From: Dictyostelium discoideum
Taxonomy: Eukaryota
Assembly: GCA_000004695.1 (NCBI GenBank)
Contig: CM000153.2
Coordinates: 1,824,001 to 1,888,000 of the forward strand
Direction of reading: 5' to 3'
Length of the DNA stretch: 64,000 nt
In this document: positions 55,679 to 64,000 of the stretch, piece after piece
Position numbering within the stretch: position 1 is the stretch's first letter
Layout: every line of letters starts with the position of its first letter
Program-made: the position numbers and the translations under genes
Notes under the pieces: generated by a model
The model's input: only the letters and a program-made list of their open reading frames with translations
What the model was told of the DNA's origin: nothing
The model's database searches: none

Positions 55679-55992
55679 CTTACTTGGGATTGAGGTCCTC
55701 TTAAATAAAATAGATAAAAACACAAGTGTGGCACCCTAACCCTTTTTGAGACCAAATAAAAGGGTTGGGTACTTCTCTTTTTTTTTGTGTTTATTTTTAT
55801 TTTTAAACAATAAAAAAAAATGAAAAAAAAAAATTAAATAATTTTAGGGTTTTAAAAAATATATACACAAATAAGTTAATTTTAAAACTATCATTATAAG
55901 TTAATTAAACATTTATTAACAAAAATATATATATATTAAAAAAAAAAAAAAAAAAAAAATTAAACTCCTATTATTTTTTGAAAACTAACCAA

Positions 55993-56841
55993 TAATCAAA
56001 AAAGAATGGATACCACTCAAAAGAATAAAATTAGATAATAATATAAATTATAATAATAAAATAATACCAAGATACATTTTTATTAATATTATTGAATCAA
56101 TAATTAATTATTTATGGTTAAAAAGAAAACTTGATAATAATATTATTTATAATTATGAAATAAAATATTATTATTATATTAATGAAATAATAACATTATC
56201 ATTGGTATCAAAAGATTGGTTTAAAATTATATCAAAATTACTAAATAATATAATTGATAATAATAGATTAGAATATTGGTTCAATATTTTTTGTATCATG
56301 TCCTTGTAAATTCCATTTATATTGTGTTTGTAATGATTTTCAAACTAAATATCAAGATTATATTAGAAATAATGATTATAATCACAATGATGAAAATTTA
56401 AAAAAAATTTTTAATATATTAAAAATAATTTCAAATGGTATTAAATCATTATTGTCTTCAACATCATCATTGGAATATTTCAAAATTAATACATCAATTG
56501 TACTTTGTAATGATACATTCTCTAAATTAAATGAAAATAAATCAATTAAAACCTTAGTATTTGAAAATGGGTTTAAATATAAAGGAAAAGATACAGAAAA
56601 TGAACAATTCCACAAAAATCATTATTATGGTATTATTCAATATTTAATAGAAAATGTATTCAGTGTAGCAACTTCAAATATTTTCTATAGAGAAAATTAA
56701 ATTCATATACAATCAATATTTAAATTAATTTTAAATCATATAAATACAATTCAATTATATTCAATCAAAATAAAAATAACTGAAAATATTTTAGAATCTA
56801 CATTGGATGAAATTGTTAATCTATCAGATAAATTCTCTGAA

Positions 56842-56906
<65 letters not shown>

Positions 56907-56997
56907 CTCAAATCTATCATTTAAGAATTTAGTTGAATTTAAAATCATTGTTGTCAAAGACTCTGAAATTGGTAATACTAAACAATATCAATTATAA
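55993..56997 (+). pseudogene. Fragmented F-box-like ORF string (possible pseudogene or gene with unresolved introns)
   Basis: Three consecutive stop-free stretches, each in a frame +1 of the last: the ATG at 56006 (MDTTQKNKIR*); 55993-56318 (…IPRYIFINIIESIINYLWLKRKLD…ITLSLVSKDWFKIISKLLNN… = F-box-like LP..I…I….L…..L..VSK.W..I); and 56292-56997, the last interrupted by one TAA at 56698 and ending in a (CAA)22 poly-Q. No ATG heads the F-box frame. Confidence 0.25.
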
Positions 56998-57382
56998 CTA
57001 AAAGAAAAAAATAACAAACTTTGTCATTTCGCTGTTTCAGTTTTACATCATAACAACAGATAATAAAAATACATATTATAAATTAATTAAAAAAATAAAT
57101 AGTTTTATTTTAAGAAATATATATATATCTATATTTGGTTATTTTTATTATTATTAATGAAATTGAAATTCCAAATGGTGAAAATTGGCCAATTAGTGAG
57201 CATAGTGCTTTCAATTTACAAAAAAAAAGAAAAACCAATTCTTTGAGATAATATTATTAATAATTGTGAAAAATAAAAGAAATAAAAAAAAAAAAGATTA
57301 CTCTGTATTATTAATTAATTTAATAAAAGTTTATTTATTTTGCTTTATTTTTTTATTTTGTCTTTATTAATATTTATTTTTG

Positions 57383-58817
57383 TTATTCAATTTTTTGAAT
57401 TTTTGAAGTAACAAAAATTTCTTTATCATTTAAATTAAGGAATTGTTCAATTGGTGGTAATTGAGAAAATCTTTCATCTTCTTCATCTTTATCTCTTAAT
57501 AAAATTGAAAATTCTTCTGGCAATGTTGGAATATCCCAATTATTATCTTCCATTGCCAAGGATTCTTTAGTACTTTCTAAATATTGGAAAAGATCATCAA
57601 TAGTTTCAACTGGACAAAAGACGCCCGAGGATGAATAACCGTCATAGACTGTTTCGAAGCATTGTGTCATGTAACGATCGAAATTTTCTTTTTTCCATTG
57701 TGGACCATATGGTAGTGATCTATCTTTTGTTGATTGATTTAGAATTGTTTCAATCTCTTTATTATACTTAGCGGCCAATAGTAATTGGAAACCAGACATA
57801 TACTCACTCATTGTAGATTTATCTTCTGTATTGAAATGGTTGACTATATCTTGAATAGCTGGAGTATTATGATAATGAATATCATAACCTCTTGATAGAT
57901 ATTTCAAAAGACGACGTTGATATTGATTACCACCTCTGATTCTATATGAAAATTGTGAAGCGATATTAATACGATGATTGACAGCCAATAAACCACGTTC
58001 CAAAGTCCAAACATCGGTACCATCGAATGCAAAACAACTACAATCGATATCGACACCCAATAGTACTTCATTGATGTCTTTGAATTGATAAATATTGAAT
58101 TGAACAGTTCTATTTGGATGTTGTAATGAGAAAACTACATGACCACCCATTGCATGAATTGAATAACCTTTATCTTCATAATCCTCACCGAAAATATTTT
58201 CAACCTTACTAATATAGGCGGATTCGAAACTTTCATTTGAATCGCCTAACATTAAAACGTCGATATCAGAGCTTTCAAATCCTTGTGCTTGACCAGTTAA
58301 ACACGATGTAATTAAACCTCCAATAAATAAGAAACCCTTTGGTGTATTACCATGTTCATCTTTAAATAATCCTCTAGTTTCTCTATGAAAATTTGCCAAA
58401 AACTCCTCTTTTGGAACTATAGATGGTGATCCATCAACTAAATCCTTTGATTTCACTTCAGATTTAAATAAACGATGTCTAATCTCTGATTCACTTGATA
58501 ACTCTTTAAATTTGAATAATTCATAATTATCATAAACATTGATCTTACTATCATTACCACTAATGTAAACATCATCTTCAACTTGCATTTCATAATTATT
58601 TCTTAACCAAGTATCTTTTTTTAAAGCTGATCCAATTAATACATTTAATGTAAATAATTTCTCTTTTTCATCTTTTGATATCTCCTTATCATTATACAAT
58701 GCCCAAATTATAAGATATCCAATTGGTCTATCCTCTAATAAACAATATTCAATAAATTGTTCTTTTAAATCAAATGGTAATGATTTAATTTTTTTTAATG
58801 TATTTTCTTTATCACTA

Positions 58818-58858
<41 letters not shown>

Positions 58859-59622
58859 TTTATAAATAAATAAATAAATATTTTAATTTTAAAAAAACAT
58901 ACATTGAAAATAATTGTTTTAAAGTTGAAAAACAAATTTTCTTATAGGATGGTATAAATGGTGAACCTTTTGGACCATCAAATGATGAATAACTACCAAT
59001 TTTAAATTTAACCTTATCATAATTTGTAATATCAGAACATGGCATTAATTTTGAAATAAAACTATTTTCTACAGATTGATTATCATTTTTTGAAACTCTA
59101 ATAAATTTTCTATGACAATATGAATTAGATCTTGATAATTTAATTTTTGAATATTTATAAGATTGTGCATAGCTTCTAGCAGAGTAAACTAATGAATCAA
59201 TATAAATTGAACCATCTTCATCAATTTTAATTAAATCATATTTTTTTTTATCAAAACTTGACATAATGTTTGAACTAAATAATTCTTTATATCCCTCTGG
59301 CTTATAAATATATAAAAAATATATAAATTAATAAAAATTAATAAAAATAAATAAAAATAATAATAAAATTACATACATTAAAATAAACACAATTAGTTAA
59401 TGATTTATATAGTTCACCAGATTTATCATGTTGTGATTTTTCAATTTGAAAACTAATTGGATCTCTGTCTCTATGTCTTATTTTTTCTTTTAATTTTGTA
59501 AGAATTGGTGGTTGTTGAGAATCTTGAAGTGGAAATGTAATTAGTAAATCACCTTCAAAACATTGATTATGGTCAATTATTTTAGGTGGTTCTTGTTTTT
59601 CTTCAAGTTTTGTTCTTGCCAT
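57383..59622 (-). CDS. Hypothetical ~691-aa protein carrying a Pol-beta-superfamily nucleotidyltransferase motif (hGG-x14-SDIDV … VDID); three exons
   Basis: Exon 1 is 59377..59622 (MARTKLEEKQEPPKIIDHNQCFEGDLLITFP…NCVYFN; donor GTATGT). A 76-nt intron precedes exon 2 at 58903..59300 (PEGYKELFSSNIMSSFDKKKYDLIKIDEDGSIYIDSLVYSARSYAQ…TLKQLFS, phase 2; donor GTATGT). An 88-nt intron precedes exon 3 at 57383..58814 (I-DKENTLKKIKSLPFDLKEQFIEYCLLEDRPIGYLIIWALYNDKEI… …PKGFLFIGGLITSCLTGQAQGFESSDIDVLMLGDS… …VLLGVDIDCSCFAFDGTDVW… …KIE*). The GG…[DE]h[DE]h plus downstream acidic triad is the minimal NTase signature (PAP/Cid1, OAS, Mab21/cGAS classes). The ORF-track 'M' at 58699 is a TTG. Confidence 0.6.
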
Positions 59623-60052
59623 AAAATCTCTTTTTTTTTTTTGTGTGTGTGTATCTGTGTGTTAAAGAACTTTGAAAAAAAAAAAATGAAAAGAAAATAA
59701 TTGTAAAAAAAAAAAAAAAAAAAAAAAAAATGAGAATGAAAAAATGGAAATATCTTGGGATTCAATTAAAAATTAAATTTATTGTAAAAACTTCAATTTT
59801 CTTTGAAATTTATTATAAAATTGATGCACCCATACCCTCCTTTTTTTTTTTTTAAAATTTTTATTTGATCAGTTTAAATTAGACTTATAGAAATAATATA
59901 TAAATAGATCTTTTATTTTTTTTATTTTTTTTTTTTTATTATTTAAATAGTATTTTATTTTTGTTTTTTTTTTTTATTTTTGTTTTTTTTTTTATTTTTA
60001 TTTTAATTATACAATTTTTGATTTTATGATTTTATTTTGAGAAATGAGAAAT

Positions 60053-61252
60053 TTAATTTGACAAAGACATTACCATAGATTTAACAACACCCATTTGAAC
60101 ACCTAATTGAGAAGCATAATCAGCTCCAGTAAATGACCACCAATCAAAACAACCTTTTGGATTTAATTCAGTTTCCAATGCTTGTGGATATAATATTATA
60201 ATATTATTTGTCTCAGCGATTTCATTGTAACCTGTTTTTGTATAAAAATTATCACCAATTGTTGCAACAGTTTGTAAACAACCATGAAAAGCAACATGAA
60301 TTGAACATACTTTATTTTTAAAAAAAAAAAAATTAATTACTTAAATAAATATTAAAATAAATAAAGAATAAAAATAAATTAATAAATAATAAAAAACTTA
60401 CAAGATTTATCATTTTTACAAGAAGTTGGAATATATGCATATGCAAAATTATTTAAACCAGCTGTGATTGTTGTATATCCAATTGGTATGAATGATGATT
60501 GATCAATTGTAATAATCTAAAAAAATATTAAGTTAGTAAAATTAAATTAAAGAAAATAATAAATAATAAATAAATAATAATAATAATAATAATAATCTTA
60601 CATTTTCAGTTAAATTATTTAAAGATGGTTGATTTAATTCACCATAAAATTGTGATAAAAAGTCCCATGGTGCATTGAAATTACAATTATTTATATAATC
60701 AGGACCTAAGTACGTACAATTATTACCAAATGAGTTTGTGATGAAAGCATGTTCTGATTGAATATCGAACATGGTTTTAATGTTATCATTATTGACATAG
60801 TTTGAATAGTATTCAACCAATTTTCTCATTACACCCGGTACAACAACTGTATCATTCATACCAGAGTATAACCAAACTTGACTATTCTTTAAATTGGATG
60901 GATCGTCAATTGTTAATGAAGTTGCTGCAAATTCAGTTGCACCAATTAATTCTGTGATGCTAATTAGTTCTGGTGCTTTCATACAATCCAATTGTGCTGT
61001 GATTACACTAGATTTTGCACACCAGTATGGTCCACCCGCTAAAATTGCCGCACCTCTTACCATTGATGAGAATGCAACATGGAATTGTACTGCCATATAA
61101 CCACCACTGCTAATACCTGATACTGTAATTTGGTCACTCGACTTTACATTATTTTTAAAAACTTTTATACATAATATTGGTGATATAAATATTAAATTTA
61201 AAATTAAAATTATTGATAATAAAATATAATTATATTTATTATTATTATTCAT
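60053..61252 (-). CDS. Secreted alpha/beta-hydrolase of the PHB-depolymerase / Esterase_PHB (CE1-like) family; three exons
   Basis: Signal peptide MNNNNKYNYILLSIILILNLIFISPILC. Nucleophile elbow GISSGG (GxSxG). Exons are 60602..61252 (donor GTAAGA), 60412..60526 (…TSCKNDKS, phase 1; donor GTAAGT) and 60053..60309 (LCSIHVAFHGCLQTVATIGDNFYTKTGYNEIAETNNIIILYPQAL…KGCFDWWSF…*). The HGC.Q and CWDWW-type blocks match the PHB-depolymerase esterase family. About 340 aa. Confidence 0.7.
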
Positions 61253-61440
61253 TTTTTTTTTTTTTATTTATTTTGTTTTGTTTTTTTTATTTTGTTTTAC
61301 TGACTTTTAACACAAAAAATAAAAAAAATTTTCACATTTTTTAATATTAAAAAAAAAAAAAAATTTCAAAAAAAAAAATAAAAAAAATAAAAAAAAAATA
61401 AAAAAAATAATTAAAACAGTTTTATTGATTGTAAATTGAT

Positions 61441-62948
61441 TTATTGTAATTCTTTTAATTCATGAAATTGAAAAATGAGGGATTCAACAAATTTATTTAT
61501 TGTTTGAATTATTTCCGGAGGTTGATTTTCTGGATTTTTACATTCTAATTCCATTTCATGATATTCACGGTGCAGAGAATATGAATTTAGTATTAAATCA
61601 AACAAACCACCTAATATAAATAATTTAGTATACGAGTGGGAAGAGCTACCTCTAATTGTAGCATAGTAACGTTTGTCTGTGATGTCTACAAGGTTGTACC
61701 AGAAAATATATTGATCATGAATCATTTGGGAACGATTCTGATGAGTACCAATAACTTTTATTTTTAAATCTTGTAGTTCCTTCTTGGAATAATTTTTGTT
61801 TTTATCATATATCCCACCATCTTGAGTGCTATCCAATGGTTCTAATATTTTTTTAATTTTGTCGTTTTTGTTAAGATTGTTGTTTTCTTTTTTGTATTTA
61901 TCATTATATATTTGAGCTATGTGTTCAGCTGATAATTTCTTCAACATTTGTTCGTTCCAAAAAGGACCACATGGTGGTTTTACAAAGTTAGTTTTATATT
62001 TGCCATTTAATATTTCCAATGTTGTCCCATGCAGTGTCTCACCAACAAAAATTAGTTCTAATTCTTTTTTTGAAAAACGAAATAAATTTCCAATAGTTGC
62101 AAATTGTTCTATATTTAGATTATTATTAATTTCCACATATGGGTTTGAATATCTTGAATATAGATTTGTTGCAATGCAATTGATATGACCAGCGGTATTT
62201 TTGGTATACTCGTACAATAGTCCTGTGCTTTCATCATAAAAAAGGAATGTTTTATGTATGGTTAATAAAGGTTTGACGAATATTTTAATTTCTTGAGGAA
62301 CAGTCACGCCACTCTTCCTTGTTGAGGATAAAATACGACATTTCAATTCATCTAAACATTCTTTATTATTTACTAATGCAAAGGCACTATCGCAACATAC
62401 GATTAAGTTATTCCTTGGATCCTCCCAATTATATTTTGAATGTAAATTATCCAAAAGGGTTTTTAATGAATTGAAAGGAGATTGACAGTTTTCTGGTGTT
62501 CTTGGACCATAACTAATTACATATGGACAATTACTAATATTCAATTTGGTTGTTAGACTATATGCTTCAATTCCGACTGAATGGGGTTTGCTATCATTAT
62601 TAATCAATATATGATCTTTAATAGCATCTTTCCCATAATATGCGTATATTGTTTCATCACAATTGAGAACGTTACCAATATTAATATATTTCAATGCACT
62701 GTTCATAAATATTTCACAATATTCTTCAAATCTATGACTTTTCATATCCAAAACATTATGTACTGCTGAATATCTATTGTGATCCATCATTTTTAAATTA
62801 ATTAATTCAGGTGGTATCTTATCATTGTTTTTATTTGAATAAATATTTTTTAAATAATCAGTTATAAATTTCCAGAATGTAATATCGGTTAAATCATTTA
62901 ATCTTGAAATATCCTTCCCTTTATCTAATTTTTTTCTCCCTCTCATGT
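61441..62948 (-). CDS. piggyBac-transposase-like (DDE_Tnp_1_7 family, PGBD-like) protein; main exon, with probable short 5' exons at ~63035-63167 and 63291-63382
   Basis: Main exon ORF 61441..62946 shows, by eye, piggyBac-type blocks: N-terminal …FWKFITDYL…; first acidic block LNCDETIYAYYGKDAIKDHILINNDSKPHSVGIEAY (DE…KGR..….KP.K.G.K pattern); second block LIVCCDSAFAL (D..F.S); and YDESTG… No C-terminal Cys-rich domain. The ATG at 62946 has a poor context (gacATG). Upstream, a well-contexted ATG at 63382 (aaaATGACAAAAAAA; MTKKSEKINKESNISKTIITNAQIDQKMRNE) is followed by a GTATGT donor, and an acceptor at 63168 opens an in-frame 44-codon segment (EAEKLFWIFNNKVRPINYSEIVENTTPRKSSINREKIESENNG). Joining to the main exon at AG|AC-ATG needs a weak GTCAGG donor (phase 1), so the 5' structure is tentative. 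Confidence 0.6.
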
Positions 62949-64000
62949 CTAAGATTTGTATTAATTAATGAAATTAAAAATTTTGATAAATCTTCATTTA
63001 ATAACAATTTAAAAAAAAATAATTCATTATAAACCTGACCATTATTTTCACTTTCAATCTTTTCTCTATTTATTGATGATTTTCTTGGTGTAGTGTTTTC
63101 AACAATTTCGCTATAATTAATTGGTCTAACTTTATTATTAAAAATCCAAAATAATTTTTCAGCTTCCCTTTTTTAAAAAAATAAAAAATAATACAACAAA
63201 TTATATAAAAAATTGAAAATGTTATTTAATGAAAAATAAATTTAATAATTATAAATTTTAAAAAACAAAAAAGATCACAAATTAACATACTCATTTCTCA
63301 TTTTTTGATCAATTTGGGCATTTGTAATTATTGTTTTTGAAATATTACTTTCTTTGTTTATTTTTTCTGATTTTTTTGTCATTTTATTTATAGAATGGTT
63401 AAATGTTCAATAAAAAAAAAAAAAAAAAAAAAAATACACACACTTTCATTTTAATATTTGTTTTCAAAAATAAATATCTGAATTTTTATTAATTTTTTTT
63501 TTTTTTTTTAATTTTTTAAGGCGTAAAAAAATGTGAAAAATTTTTTTATTTTTTGTGTTAAAAGTCAATAAAGAAAATTTAAATTTTCAATTAAAAAAAT
63601 AAAATAAAGTGTGATTGTAAAATAAAAATAAAAATCTCTTTTTGATTAGGAAAAAGGTAAATCACTTTTTTAATTTTTTATTTTTTTTTTTTTTATTTTT
63701 TATTAAATTCATAGGGAAAAAAAAAAAAAAAAAAAAAAGCAATCACTTTTATTAAAAAGATTTTTTTTTTTTTTTTTTTTTTTCTATCACCTTCATCCCA
63801 ACTTCCAAATTTTTTTTATTTTTTATTGTCACGTTTGGGTTCGTTTTTTTTTAATTTTTTACGGAAAATATTTTTTTCATTTTTTTTTTTTTTTTTTTTT
63901 TTGTCAATTTTCGCTCAATAAATTCTAAAATTTTTTTCATTTTTTTTTCAAACCAAATACCAACAAATTGTAAGTCTATATAATTTCAAATAATATTTTT

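Noticed and set aside
55509-55739. Plus-strand 76-aa ORF overlapping tRNA-Ile
   Set aside because: It is a chance open frame through a structured RNA gene; the tRNA cloverleaf explains the sequence.
56382-56615. Minus-strand 77-aa ORF antisense to the F-box-like string
   Set aside because: It has lower complexity than the plus-strand frames and no start context. The plus strand carries the recognisable F-box-like motif.

Overview
This 64-kb window is an AT-rich (~78-80% A+T) eukaryotic, nuclear, gene-dense chromosome segment whose signatures match Dictyostelium discoideum. Evidence for this: long homopolymer A/T intergenic tracts; in-frame (CAA)n and (AAT)n tracts encoding poly-Q and poly-N; very short (74-225 nt), AT-rich spliceosomal introns with GTAAGT/GTATGT/GTAAAT donors and (T)nAG acceptors; AAAAATG start contexts; and a tRNA gene with a downstream ex-B box and a non-LTR retroelement inserted about 44 bp upstream, which is the classic TRE5 target geometry.

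I could not run any search tool, so every gene call rests on reading motifs by eye plus splice-site logic. All splice coordinates are approximate (about +/-2 nt).

The six-frame ORF track splits almost every gene at its introns, and several of its 'M' starts are TTG or GTG codons rather than real starts. Re-joined, the window holds about 25 protein-coding genes. Those I recognise by family are:
- vps4, the AAA-ATPase, with MIT domain and Walker A motif (41.07-42.63 kb).
- A 16S rRNA m4C methyltransferase of the RsmH/MraW (METTL15-like) family (36.28-37.47 kb, minus).
- A cytochrome P450 (38.29-40.42 kb).
- A short-chain dehydrogenase/reductase (45.39-46.28 kb).
- An oxysterol-binding protein carrying the EQISHHPP signature (46.8-48.2 kb, minus).
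- A GH9 endoglucanase (20.28-21.88 kb).
- A phospholipase-B-like protein (52.30-54.10 kb).
- A homeobox protein (17.19-19.32 kb).
- A MrfA-like membrane-tethered NDT80-domain transcription factor with a peptidase-S74 autoprocessing domain and a C-terminal transmembrane helix (22.27-25.30 kb, minus).
- A PH-domain/WD40-like protein (27.68-31.62 kb).
- A three-saposin-B-domain, amoebapore-like protein (31.90-32.88 kb).
- A TOM1/THH1-family 7-TM protein (34.93-36.09 kb).
- A GDAP2-like macro + CRAL-TRIO protein (42.93-44.77 kb, minus).
- A ZC3HC1/NIPA-like C3HC zinc-finger protein (49.79-51.93 kb).
- An Sds3/BRMS1-like Sin3-HDAC subunit with a very large KEKE-repeat region (11.57-13.83 kb, minus).
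- A PHB-depolymerase-family esterase (60.05-61.25 kb, minus).
- A piggyBac-transposase-like gene (61.44-62.95 kb, minus).
- A hypothetical protein carrying a Pol-beta-type nucleotidyltransferase motif (57.38-59.62 kb, minus).

Non-coding and mobile content:
- tRNA-Ile(AAU) at 55566-55638, with an ex-B box about 30 nt downstream.
- A 5'-truncated non-LTR retroelement fragment with an ORF2-type C-terminal Cys/His motif, flanked by a 22-bp direct repeat, immediately upstream of the tRNA.
- Numerous trinucleotide microsatellites.

No prokaryotic features (CRISPR, operons, RBS) are present. The most interesting items for follow-up are the nucleotidyltransferase-motif protein, the intron-bearing piggyBac-like gene, the MrfA-like factor, the tRNA/retroelement hotspot, a cluster of small duplicated mini-ORF units in the 6.2-9.4 kb intergenic desert, and an isolated CA/GC-rich island in the 25.3-27.7 kb intergenic region.
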